Below are positions 51,496-64,000 of a stretch of DNA of 64,000 bases, in pieces; position 1 is the first letter of the stretch, and the number at the start of each line of letters is the position of its first letter. The stretch lies in the NCBI RefSeq assembly GCF_009914755.1, contig NC_060928.1; one strand, 5' to 3'. The translations under genes and the position numbers were made by a program. Source of the DNA: the human T2T-CHM13v2.0 reference genome, Homo sapiens. Below the pieces are notes generated by a model, which saw only the letters and a list, made by a program, of their open reading frames with translations, had not been told where the DNA came from and did no database searches.

Positions 51496-54400
51496 GTCAT
51501 CCAAGTTATTTTAAAAATTAAGTGAAAAGTAATGCAGGCATGACTGTATAGCAAGACAGAATCACAAAACTGATGTTAAATAGCTAGAGTTTGGGGCTCC
51601 CCACTCATCACTGTGCTATGTCTTTACCTTTGAGGAGCTTAAAACATGGAGGAAGATGGGTGAGGGCCAGGAACTGTATGCCAACTAACAATGAGATATA
51701 GGGATGCAGAGGCAGGAGGTGAGGAGCAGTTAATAAGAGGCTTTGCAGAACAATCATGGAAGGGCATGGAAAGGCGTTGCAAACAAAGGGAAGAGCCTGA
51801 ACAAAGACATAGAGGTGGAATCTTTGCAGTTTTGACAAGAAGACATGTTCGTTGGAAGCTTGGCAGCTGTCTTCGATGGTGTCTCTTTCTTTGCCTCCCA
51901 TTTCCAGCTTTATTGCAATTTACTTATTTAGTGTGATGTCTCTTGAATTAATCCTTTTCTCTGAACCTCTTCCAAATTACTTTGGTTTAGGCCACCTTCC
52001 TCTGGCACTTGGCACACTAGTCTGGTTACTAGCTCAGGTACTGAAACCTAAACTTCAGTTCTTTGTATTTTGGTTCCCTCCTCTTTAAAATGGGGATTGT
52101 AATGCTGCCTAACATCTCAGCGTATTTGTGAGGACTAAATTAGTTAATAAGAGAAAAGAGCTTAGGATAGGGTCTGGCACATAACATGATATAAGTGTTA
52201 GCTATTATATTATTATTTTTTTGTTTTTAACACGGAGCCAAAATTACTTATAAAACTTAAATTTAAGAAGCAAAAGCACTACATATGTGTGATATTTGCT
52301 TTGGCCTCATTTCTTTCTGATTTGATAACATCCATGCAATTCAGTGGTGATAATTTGTGTGACTGCTGATGTGAAATCATTCATTCCATCAGCTTTGAGT
52401 GCCATTGGTGGCAGATGCTGGCTGTGTATCTAGAACTGTGTCTGAAAAATAAAATGAATTCAAGGTCTATCACTAACCAAAGAGGATAACCTTGGGGTTT
52501 TTCACAGTCTGTGTAGGGGATATTGCCTTTGCAAAATCGATGTCAGAAGAGACCCAGTCCATCAGCGGAACAGCTACTGGTAAGGAAGGAAGACAAAGCA
52601 GATAGTGATGGTCACACTACAGGACATCAGGGGGCCTGCAGAGAGCATTCTGAGACAGAGCAGTATAGAGGCTATGAGAGTGGACTGTGGTGTTTAGCCA
52701 GGGACTTCTCCTCTGCCACTTGCTTGCTCTGCGATCTGGGAGGGGTTAGGTAACCCCTGAGCCCTGGTTTCCTCATCTGTAAAGTAGGAAAAGATGAGAG
52801 CACCCACCTTTGATCTTAGGATTGGTGTGCAGCTTTAATGAGTTAATAACTATAAAACACTTGGAGCAGTCCTGACCCTTAAGGAGAACTTCCTAAGGAG
52901 TCAGAGACCCCAGAAAGGTGAATGATCTCATCTTGACCCCTTGATGTCTCTCCATTTTCCAGAGCTGCTCCTGTGAGGCCAGTCTGCGTCACTCTGTGAT
53001 GCTGGGCCAAGACCATGCAAAGAATTAGTGTCAAGGGTTGTCAGTGGAGGCCCCCCTCTGGACATCTTCAGTGATAAGCCAATTGTGAGCTTGAGAGCTG
53101 GCTCATTCCAGCTTCAGACCATCCTAATGAGGAGAAAGAACCCCTGCTGGATGGGCTAGAAGCTTCCTCCCATTGCTTCCACCCACTGGCTATCATTTTG
53201 CCCACTGGTCATAATGGACCTTGTCCTTCTTCCTGACACTCCATCAGAGCACATGGAATTAGCCATCAAGCCACTCTGAGTCTTCCTTTTTCCAGCCTAA
53301 CTGGAGATGGATAAGAGAATGTCTGGGTGTAGTAGGCTGACTTTAGATATCTAAAGTAGACACAGTCTGTTTTCTCGAAGCCATCGCATCAGAACCTGTG
53401 TGCCTCTGCAGGACTCAAGTACCAGCTCAACAAAGCGTGAAGCTGCCTGTGTTTTGGAAGAAGGGATGACTGTAAAGGCATTTTGTTCACAAGTATGCTT
53501 GCCCAAGGGCCTGCACAGTCTAATTTCCTTCAAGCCTCTCCAGAAGCTCCATTTCCTGATGATCAGTGGTAAACTCCCTGCAACAGGATAGGTGGCGTGA
53601 AATTTCAGATTTTATGCAAGTTCACGGCTAGAACCAATGCACAATTACTGCTAAGAGTTTGATTTTGTCACTGTGAAAGCCCCGCGGATTAGGCCTTTCA
53701 GAAGAAAGGGAAAAGCCGCTTCTGAATTTTTAGCCTCTGTTGGGTACTTCACCATAGAACAGTGCTCATACTGCCAGTGCATTTACAATGTAAATGTTTT
53801 CTTTCCAAGGTCAAGGTTTTAGAGCCCAAGGCCACTATTGAGACCGCAGGGGCAGAGCCATAACAATTCTGCTGGCATCCTAAAAATAAAAAGCTTTATT
53901 TTCAAATTGATGATGTGGTTTAAAAGACAGAGTCTCAATAATTTACTTTTCTGCCACTTGCATCCTTTTTCTGTTGATTGGGCCTGGGAGAAAGAGGTTG
54001 GCTTCATATCGAGGGAGTGCCAATTTCTGAGACTTGCGTAAGACTAACCCTCTTGGATTCTGGTACTAATGTCCCAATCTTCTCCTCCCTTCTCCATCCA
54101 GGTGTGAGCTGTTAGATTCACTGAATCCTTAGGCCGAATCCTAAGCATGGTCAGGCTTCTGGCAGACACACCAGCAGAGTGTGGTGACACAAATTCTGAA
54201 AAGACACCAAAGGGGCAGCAATTGACAGAACTGAAGTGCCAAAGGCTTTAGGGAAAAGCTTCCCATGGCCGCCTCAGAGGGTCAGACAAGCATAGGAGGC
54301 AGGCTAGGGTTCTCAGTTCCTCATCATCATCCCTTTCTTCTTTCCAGGTCTCATCCTCCACGGAACAGAGAATGGTTTTTAGAGTAACAATGCATCCAAG

Positions 54401-54844
54401 GTATTTACTAAAATGGACACAGTATTAGCACTCTTAAAATTTGTCTTGAAGTTGCTCTTCTCCAAAGGCCCTGGAAGATTCTAGTAGGAGTCATTATTGC
54501 TTTCTCTGGAGGGGTGGATCTTTGCCTTGACCATACTGGACTCAGGCAGTATGAAGTTGGGGCCCTGGGGAATAAATCTGCGGGGGGCAGAGGAGAAAGA
54601 GGAAGATCAGAGAGTATAGCAAAGAAGAGAATGCACAGGTGAAGGGCACTGACCTATGAACAAGTTCAGTCTTGAGTATGTGTGAATGGAAAACCAACCC
54701 ACAGGCAACAGCAAGTTCCTGCCACTGTCTTCTCAGTTGGCCCACGGTCAGCTACCAGTTAAGAGCAGGTGTTTGCTGTTACTGGACTGCACCAGCAGGC
54801 CCATGCAGAATTTGATGTATATAATAGCAGTCTTTCACATAGTT

Positions 54845-55020
54845 TTCATTTATATATAAACATATATTCATTCATACATATATATATTTATACATGTGTT
54901 AATATATGAATATATCAAAATATATAAATATTATATTCATATATACTTTTATAAATTTATATATGAATATGCTATGAATACAGAATATACTTTATACATT
55001 TATATGTATATATTTTTTTC
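54845..55020. repeat. AT-rich (TA)-type low-complexity tract
   Basis: Direct observation. Confidence 0.85.
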
Positions 55021-56867
55021 CAAGCACCATGTTATTCATAACATCTCCCTCGAAATCCAACCTGTTTTTCCCAAGATTGAAGCAACCATTTCACAGCCAT
55101 CAAATGATAGCTGTTAATCTTTTTTCCATCAGTCTTTTGGGATTTTTGAAAGACACTTTTTAAAAATGAAGTATCATTTAGAATTGTTTTTATGGTGCTT
55201 GAGAATCTTGACTGACTGAGTACTTCTCTGAAGGGAAGGGTTTAATATGCGTTTGAGTGCTTTTCTCTACTCCCTCCAACCCCAGAGCTAAATCATTGTT
55301 TTCTACTTCCTTGCTAAAGTCATGTCATAGATTTCTAATACCTATGGAAGTTTAACATTTGTCTTGTAGGGGAATATAAAAGATGGTGTCAGAATAGCTG
55401 GCTAACTGGTGTTCAGGAAGGTCACCTTTAATCATGTTGCCCAAGCAAGGTAGCCTTGATAAAATTACTACCTTTTCTGAATCGCTGTTTTTATATCTGT
55501 ATAACAGAAGAGTTAAGATGGCTCGATGATGATAATATTTTTTTAATATAAATTTGAAACTCCCTCTTCCATTCTTTGATTCTTTGAATCCATTTTATTA
55601 TAGGATTTGCCCTTATTGGTCTTTGCTCCTAGATTATTATTTTCCTAGTTTTTCCAATATATGCTTCATTTTTATTCTTTAAAGTTCATGTATCAAAAGT
55701 TACCTCCTTAACAGGCCTTCCTGAACCACTCTGTCTAAGTCATCCTGACCTGCAAATGCCCTGTTTCTGTGTTGTCATGTATTTATTTTTCATGTCCCAC
55801 AAGAGGGCTGGGATCTTGTGTTTCTTGCTCACTGGGAGCTCATAAGCTTGAAGAGTGCCTGGTTCATCATACATGTTAAGATAAATGAATAACTTGTACT
55901 TTTTTCAAAATTAATTTCATACTTTGCTATGATAGAGTTTAATTTCTTAATTGTACCAACTTTAGAGATGTGAGAGGTAGGGAGAGGATGATGGCTTTTG
56001 TTTCTTGCCAATCTGGCATGAGACCTCCTGCTGTAGGCCATGTGGGAAGCCCTGGAATTCAGAAACCAGGGTGTGAAGTGTGGGCAGCATATCCCGCTGC
56101 CTTCTAGCTGCAGTGAGTAATCGGCAGGGGGACCCAGTGACTGTTTCTGATGGAGAAGTCATTGGAAGAGTTTGATATGGTTCCTTATGCCAAATTATCA
56201 TTTTAAGTGATTCAGTGTCCAGCACATCAGTGTTTGAGGGGGAAAAAGAAGCTGAGATTACCCATGTACACATCTCATGCTAATAACTTGATGACTGGGA
56301 GCAGCGGTTTTTATCGCTTTCTTTGAGACAGTTTTGTGTTCATAGAAACTACATATACATAGCAAAGCAGATCAGTCAATCAGCAAACATTTCTTGCATA
56401 CTTATTTACCATGCAACATGCTGTGGAATATTTCTTGTCATAACCTCCTTCAACTTAAAAGCATCCAGGAATGCTCTTCATGAACAGGTTTTAAAATGAT
56501 TAAGTATGATCCTTATCCAGGGGTTGCTGCAAGTGTTGGATTTATCTAAACCATCTACCATTCTTAGATGATATCACAAAGTTTTCGGTGTCTACTTCTC
56601 ATTTTTCAAATCAACTATGTAAGGGGTTCATTCACCTCTTAAAAATTGGCTCCTAAAATGGAATCTTTTAGTGGCAGCCTTCTAAGGTCACGTGGTCGAA
56701 ATAGTTTGGCAAAAATTAGAAGCAAGGCTTGTCTGAGGTAAGAATTTAGCATCTTTTGCTAAGCCTAAAAAAAAAAAATCCAAATGTACTGGTTTAGAAG
56801 GAGAGGGAAGCATGTGCCAACCTCAAAGAAATCTTCTACAGTTCAAATTTTATAGCAAATCCTTTCC

Positions 56868-57166
56868 TTTTTTTTTTTTTTTGAGACAGAGTCTCGCTCT
56901 GTCGCCCAGGCTGGAGTGCAGTGGCGCCATCTCAGCTCACTGCAAGCTCTGCTTTCCGGGTTTTACATCATTCTCCTGCCTCAGCCTCCCGAGTAGCTGG
57001 GACTACAGGTGTGCACCACCTACGCCTGGCTAATTTTTTTGCATTTTTAGTAGATACGGGGTTTCACCATTTTAGCCAGGATGGTCTCGATCTCCTGAGG
57101 TCATGATCTGCCCACCTCGGCCTCCCAAAGTGCTGGGATTATAGGCATGAGCCACCGTGCTCAGCC
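56868..57166 (-). mobile_element. Alu (AluY/Sc8-like)
   Basis: Diagnostic cactgcaagctc, cattctcctgcc and ttagccaggatggtctcgatctc; flanking TSD caaatcctttc. Confidence 0.96.
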
Positions 57167-57479
57167 ACAAATCCTTTCTTAAAGCAAATTTTTATTTTTG
57201 AGGAAAAAGAAAATGAACACATCATTGGGTACCTTTTATTTCTGCTACATGGTATGTATTATTATTAGAAATTACAGTCATTTTCTAGCAAGATTATGAG
57301 CTTTAATCAGTGATGACCCAAACTTCTTCAGCTTTGGCAATCACTCACCCAACTTTGTGCCATTTCTACAGAGAAAAAGTGCAAAGAAAAACACTGAGCA
57401 ACCTCAGAAGCACACAACAAATCGGGAGAAACACTTGCTCAATGTTTCTTGAATCCTAGACAAATGGCTCACTAGAAAT

Positions 57480-58148
57480 GGTTAAGAGAAAGACCCATGG
57501 TCAGAAGACAAATGGCTAAAGGATGTAAACAGACAGAAAAAAATTATAAACAGAAGTATAAAACATACAAAAAGATGCTCAACTTATTCTTAAAAAGAGA
57601 AACACAAATTAAAGCTATGCAAGAATGTCATTATTGCAAATCATACCGTCAGAAACCATACTAGCAAAAATCCAAAATTTGGATGTTATTGGGGTCACAG
57701 GAAACCAGGTATTTTTATACATTTCTGGCAACAATGGAAATTTGCACAATTCTACAGAGAACAATTTGAAGGTAGCTATCAAGTTTGCTAATGTATGTAT
57801 TCTTTGACCTCATACTCCTACTTCTAGAAATTTATCCAGCAGATATGCTCCCATGCATGAGAAATAATGTTTGTACAAGCAAGGTTAATTTTTGCATGAT
57901 ATGTAATTGTTTGTAATTGCAGAAGACTGGAAACAACCAAAATGTTAAACAGAAGGTGACTGTTAAATTTTTTTTTCATCTACAGAATAAAGAAGTTCTT
58001 CATGTATATTTATGGGAAAATTGCTAAGGTGTAGTCTCAAGTCCTAAAAAAGCAAAGTTCAGGAAGTGTAAGTATGCCATCATTGTGCAAAGAAAAATAA
58101 TAAAAACTTGTATGTGTGTATTGTGTGTAGATAGATAGGTATTTGCTT
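57480..58148 (+). mobile_element. Old L1ME-type 3' fragment
   Basis: aaaagatgctcaactt...ctttgacc...cttctagaaatttatcc...gactggaaacaacc. Confidence 0.75.
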
Positions 58149-58149
58149 G

Positions 58150-58670
58150 TTGTGTTGGTCAAGATTCTCCAGAGAAACAGAACTGATAGGTGTAGATAGA
58201 TTAATATAGAAATGGATTTGTTACGAGAGATTGGCTCACATGTTTATGGAGTCTGAGAAGTCCCATGATCTGCTTGTCTGCAAACTGGAGGCCCCGGGAA
58301 CAATAGTGGTGTAGTTCCAGTCCAAGCCTGAAGGCTTGAGAACCAGGAGAGCCAATGGTCTAAGTCCCAGTCTGAGTCCAAATACCAGAGAATCAGGAAA
58401 AGTAATGTCCAAGGGCAAGAACATTTGTATTTCCCAGTGTAAGAAGAGAGTAAATTTGCTCTACATTTGCCTTTTTGCTCTATTTGAGACCTCAACAGGG
58501 ATAATGGCCACTCACATTGGTGAGGGTGATCATCTTTACTCAACCTACTGATTCAAATGCTAATGTCTTCTGGAAACACCCTCAGAGACACACCCAGAAA
58601 TAATGTTTTGCCCAGCTATCTGGGCACTTCTTAGACAAGTCAAGTTGACACATAAAATTAACCATCACAG
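58150..58670 (-). mobile_element. MLT2-family (ERVL) solo LTR
   Basis: gattctccagagaaacagaac...gagaagtcccatgatctgc...caagtcaagttgacacataaaattaaccatcaca. Confidence 0.9.
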
Positions 58671-59658
58671 TTGTATATGCATGAAATATCTATGGAAGTA
58701 GGAACTTACTGCATAAGTAAGGAAAGAGACAGATGAGGAATGATTCTGTTACCGTGTAAAATGTGACATTACAAACAAAAGTACAAGGCCCCCACAAGGG
58801 CCTAGAGGAAAGAGTGACTCTTTGTAGGGCTTGGTAAACGAAGAGGTAAGTCTTTATCTGGAGGGGGATTCTTCAGACAAAGAGGAACGGAAGGGACACT
58901 CCAGGTCAAAAAAATGTGCAAAGGCTTGAAAGAGGCTGACGTGACATTTGATGCTCAGTAAGAAGTGCGATGTGTCCAGAATTTCAGGTGAACTGGAATG
59001 GAGTGGCAAGAGATGCGTCAGGTAAGGCTGAATTCCAAGCCAAGGGAGCAAGATGGGTGACAATGCTTGGGTGTCTCCCAAGGATATCAGGTGAATGACA
59101 CCAGCCTCGCCATGGCAGAGCCATTGCTTTGAGCCATTGGGAATACAGCTGAAGTAGCCAGGGACAGCTTTGCACAAACTGAGTTAGCCTCACAACTCTA
59201 ATCCTTCTCATGGATGCTCGGGTGATAACAACAGCCGGGTTTCTAGCACTGCCTCATCTAATCTACCCTCCATTTGGCTGACAATGTCACTTCTAAAGCA
59301 ACATCCACCTACTGCTCTATTGTTCTCAGAATCAAGTCCAGTTTCCTTAGTGTGACACATAAGGCCTTTTGTAATCCGGTCCTGGCCTTGTCTCTCCCCA
59401 GCTTTATTTCTCTGAACTTAGTCCTCCAGCTATCCCATACTACTTGAGTCTGGCCAGAAAGTCTTATGCTATTCCATGCCTCCCTGCTTTTCTCCTGCCT
59501 AGGATGCCCCATCTCCACCTCCCCTTCCTTCTTGACTCATGGCTCAACATTTAAGACATAGCTCCCTCAGCGTTCCTCAAAGACCTATTCATTCCTACCT
59601 CTACCCTAGGCTGATTTCAGTGCCCCCTTCTCTCCTTCTAAACCATACTATATACATC

Positions 59659-60027
59659 TCTATTAGTCTTTTCTGATGCTGCTAATAAAGACATGCCCGA
59701 GACTGGGTAATTCATAAAGGAAAGAGGCTTCATTGACTTACAGTTCCACGTGGCTTGGGAGGCCTCAATCATGGCAGAAGGTGAATGAGGAGCAAAGTCA
59801 CATCTTACATGGTGGCAGGCAAGAGAGAATGAGAGCCAAGCAAAAGGGAAAACCCCTTACAAAACCATCAGCTCTCATGAGACTTATTCACTACTACGAG
59901 AACAGTATGGGGGAAACTGCCCTCATGATTCAGTTATCTCCCACTGGGTCCCTCCCACAACATGTGAGAGTTATGGGAGCTACAATTCAAGATGAGATTT
60001 GGGTAGGGACACAGCAAAACCATATCA
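59659..60027 (-). mobile_element. THE1 (B/C-like) solo LTR with a perfect 5-bp TSD
   Basis: tattagtc...gctaataaagacat...gatgagatttgggtagggacacagcaaaaccatatca; TSD acatc at 59654-59658 and 60028-60032. Confidence 0.95.
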
Positions 60028-61315
60028 ACATCCTTGGGAGAAGTGGGGAAAAAAATCAAGATTTTGGTGTCAGGGAGAGATTTTTCCCTCTCATTTGCTC
60101 TGCTTCTCTGTATCTTGGTGTCTTTCAGACAGCTACTTAACCTTGCTGTAGCTCCGTTTTCTTTTCTATGGAATAAGGATCATAATCTTGTTTTGCATGA
60201 TTACCATGTGGATTAAATGGGGTTGTGTATCTAAAGCATGATTGACAATGTCTGCCTTGGCTGGAGTTGCCTACCACTGCAGGTATTATTGCAGGCATGT
60301 CTCTGCTGCTGTCATTATTATAGCATTTCTATTTTTTACATCAAAATTATCTGTTTATGTGCTCTGTATGTCTGCTTTTTCCCTTTGTCATGAAGGAACT
60401 ACCTTCTGCAGTCTCTGCATGCCTATGCTCAGCACAGTGTGTATCTTGTACTAGGTGCCCAAATGATATTTATTGAAATCAACTATAAAATATTTAAAAA
60501 TATTTCCTATGATATATATTACACATGGTTATAACAATGGTGGTGATGGCAATAAACATTTGCACAACTTTACAGTTTAACAAGGAAATTTGGCATATTT
60601 TAAAGCTATGTTCCTTGCTTCATTTTTCTTTACCAAAGAGCATCTTTATTTACCAATTCCTCCACTTAAAAAAAGAATGTGTTACTTACTGCATTCATTA
60701 ATGTTCGTAAGGAATGTACCTGTGTGCTATTCTTTTGATGAATTTGACCTATAATTTGATTACATAAGAAAACATCTCTGCAGGGACTCCCTGAAGAAAC
60801 AGGAAAGAGCACAGGAGATGAGGAACAAACACAGCCAATGGTGAGGCCCTCAGCAGGGAGCAAGGAGGGGGTGCTGTTGTTAATAAAAAAAGAAGAAAGA
60901 AGATTTTCATCTAAAATGAGAAAAGAGGAGAGAAAACAGCTGCATTTATGCAAGATGGTATGATTTGCTTCTATTCGTGGGCATAATGGGAAAAAATAAC
61001 TTGAGCATTGGGGTTAAAATTGGGTTGAATTGAAAAGAAATCCAGCTGGATAAAACGGCAGATCTGAACGGAAATGTAAGGTATCCTTGAAATGGCATTA
61101 AAATGGTGAGGAAAACAGTCATATTTTAGGAGGGGTGATTGCTCTGTGACCCAGAGGAGCCTGGGCTATATTATTCATTTAAAGTTCTCCGGTTTCCAGC
61201 CTGTAAGAGTTCAGAGACTTGAGCTTCGCTGGGCTCAGTCTGCACTAGGTAAGTGTGGGGCTGAGCTGGCTCCACTGGCATTGTGGCAATCTATGGAAAG
61301 ATACCTGTGCTTCTG

Positions 61316-61668
61316 ATCCTAGTTGTGCAGTAGATCAGTATAAATTGAAGCCCCAGTCTACCTTCACCACCTCCTCTCTACCACTCAGCTTGTCATGACC
61401 TGCTCAGCAAATAGCTCCACAATTCCTATTTCTCCATCCTAGTTGTGCAGTAGATCAGTATAAATTGAAGCCCCAGTCTACCTTCACCACCTCCTCTCTA
61501 CCACTCAGCTTGTCATGACCTGCTCAGCAAATAGCTCCACAATTCCTATTTCTCCATCCTAGTTGTGCAGTAGATCAGTATAAATTGAAGCCCCAGTCTA
61601 CCTTCACCACCTCCTCTCTACCACTCAGCTTGTCATAACCTGCTCAGCAAATAGCTCCACAATTCCTA
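61316..61668. repeat. 120-bp tandem repeat, about 2.9 copies, nearly identical
   Basis: 61321-61440 is identical to 61441-61560; the third copy differs only at 61637 (G to A) and stops at 61668. Confidence 0.97.
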
Positions 61669-63419
61669 GGAGCTGTCCTTCAATGCTTTCCTCTCAACTC
61701 CCTTATCCAGTCTATCAACAAGTGCTCTCAATTCCACCTCCTAAATATGTCTCTAATCTGAATCCATTCCTCCTCTACTCTGAAGCCACTAGTCCAAGCC
61801 TTTGATATCTTTTACATTCTAATTAGTCTCTCTGCTTCTCCCCTATTGCCCTTTTCATACTCAGTCTCTTAATAGGAGCCAGAAGGTGTTCTTAAAATGG
61901 ATCAGATTTTCAGTGGCTTGAAAAACCAACCCTCCCAAAATGGCTTAGCCAGCCCTGCATTATGTGGCCCATGCCTTCTGCTCCAGACCCTTTTCTTACC
62001 ATTCTACAGTTCATCCACCACACTCTATACACTGGCCTTTGTTCAGGGTTTTCCCCTGGCCACGCATCTTCTATTATTCTGTGGGTAACAGGGCCCCCAA
62101 GGCTCACTTATGTCCCTCAAGCCTTATGGTTCATGTGCATACAACCCAGGTGTCTAACCTTGACCTCCAATGACCTGTCCCTTATCATATTCCCAACAGA
62201 TGTGGTTACTTTGTCCAAAGCACTTGGCCTTCCCCCTTCATCTGGTCTGTGCTGGATTGGTGAAAAGAGACAAATCTAAACCATTTTTAAATCCCATTCC
62301 TTCCCCCTTTTAGAGGTTTAGCTGGCAGCTGGTACAGTGGGTCTGCTATCCTCTCTCCTGGAACAGATCCTGTATCAGGCACAGCCCAGCTTTGTCTAGG
62401 GGATAATGAGTGCTGGAAGATTGTGTATTCTGTGCTACTTCAAGACATATAACCTTCCCCCTCTGAAGCCCATTTCATATATATTGCAATGCATAGTTTC
62501 AGTGTCTTTCTGCCCCTTTTGCCAAATCACTAAGTTCATCTCATTCTCATCACTAGAAAATCAGCTCCAAGGGGGCAGGAACCCATCTGACACATTTACC
62601 TCCATATCCCCCTCCCCTCCTAACATGGTGTTCAAGAGCACCAATGCTGCACCCAATAGCCTGGGCAGAATCTTAGCCTAAAACTTTCTGCATGTTTTGA
62701 AAGAGATACATCAAATCTCTGTACCCCCTTCTTATTCTTTGTAAAATAGGAAAAGTAATAGAAATTACTTTCTACGTTTGGGTAGATTAAATGAGTTAAC
62801 ATACATCAAGCACTTAGAATAGTGCCAAACACTTGAAAGTTCTCACATAGGTTTGAATGATTCTTTTTATTGGTCTGTGATAGATGCTCATCAAATGTAC
62901 TTTGAAAGAATGAATGAATGGACTCTGCAGGTATCAGCTTAAACATCATCTCTTTAGCGAGGTTTTCCAAGAAATCCAAGCTATAGTAGGTTCTTTTCTA
63001 CAAGGGCACATTACTCCAGTTTGGCCTTCTCTTCTTTGTCTCGCTCTCAGGATCTCTCTCTCTCTCTGACTAGACATGATCACTCTGAAGGCAGCCTGTG
63101 TTTGCTTCATGGACACATTTTTCCAGCAAGTGCTTAGCACATGAAGTTGCCCAGGGTTAAGTACTGAATGAAAGAAACATAACTGGAAGACCGAAAGGTT
63201 TCTGGAGTGTCTTAGTAGTTGTGTGTGTCCAAGGAATGCAGGACATCAGAGGTCAAGGTTGGATATCCTCAGATCTTATGCACATGGACCAGAAGACTTT
63301 GGGGATCCAAGTGCAATTAGATAAGGGAGCTCTGGGGACCCAGATGCCAGTGACTAATGGGATCAAATTTGCAAATCCACACATACACACTTAAAATCAG
63401 AATGGTGCCAAATATAGCC

Positions 63420-63605
63420 AATATAGTCATGGTCTTTGGAGTCAAAACTGGTCATAAATTCATGGCCCTACTGGCCATGTGACCTAGGCAAATGCCTTAA
63501 CATCTTTGAGTCTCAGTTTCCCTATCGATGTAATAGGGATAATTATCATTCAATTCATAGGATTATTGTGAGAATTAAATGACAGAATGTGTAAAACTTG
63601 CTTAT
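63420..63605. mobile_element. MIR SINE
   Basis: ctggccatgtgacctaggcaaatgccttaacatctttgagtctcagtttccctatc...gtgagaattaaatga. Confidence 0.8.
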
Positions 63606-64000
63606 GATTTATAGTATTGAATTATGTCTATTCAGCTCCCCACTAGATCATCACTAAAATGAAAGTAAAGGAATGAAAGAGGAGAGGTAGGAGAGGAAAA
63701 AACAATCTGTGAGAAATAACAACATATATCAGAAGCTGGAAAGTGCATGGAGTAGAGCTCAGTGACACAACAGAGCAGAAAAAGCAGAAGCAGAGAGGAA
63801 TGAGCGTACAAAGCAAGTCTGAATTTACCCTGGAGAACCCCACAAAGGCTTGAAACTTGGAAACATCATGAACTGCTGGGCCAGAGGTGAGGATCCAGAT
63901 GAAAATCAAAAGAATTAACTGAAAGTCTGAACTAGAACAGTAAGACTTCTGGATGTCTCCACCTCTCGCTGCCCAAAGACAGCTCCTTTCCTCTCCTCCA

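Noticed and set aside
61316-61668. CRISPR-like or other repeat-spacer array
   Set aside because: The units are identical head-to-tail copies with no unique spacers, in a primate genomic context

Overview
Primate (human-like) intergenic DNA dominated by interspersed repeats: Alus, old and young L1s, L2/MIR, MaLR LTR elements including two full-length THE1 proviral units, ERV1 LTRs, DNA-transposon relics and microsatellites. I see no intact protein-coding gene; almost every ORF in the supplied track comes from repeats. The main non-repeat feature is a disabled, duplication-type paralog of FGFBP1 (fibroblast growth factor-binding protein 1) at about 45356-46810 on the + strand. It keeps the signal peptide, the N-terminal Cys-rich domain, the C-terminal 'CGxxWSSxCxxFL' FGF-binding motif, a splice acceptor and a 3' UTR. 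Unlike FGFBP1, it carries about 13 degenerate 33-nt (11-aa) Thr/Glu/Pro-rich repeats between the two domains, which implies an ancestral secreted FGF-binding protein of about 380 aa with a mucin-like stalk. Other notable items are a THE1 internal ORF of about 330 codons split only by a 49-bp duplication, a near-perfect 120-bp triplication, and a few candidate regulatory motif clusters. Repeat subfamily names and the FGFBP1 comparisons rely on recalled consensus sequences, not on database searches.
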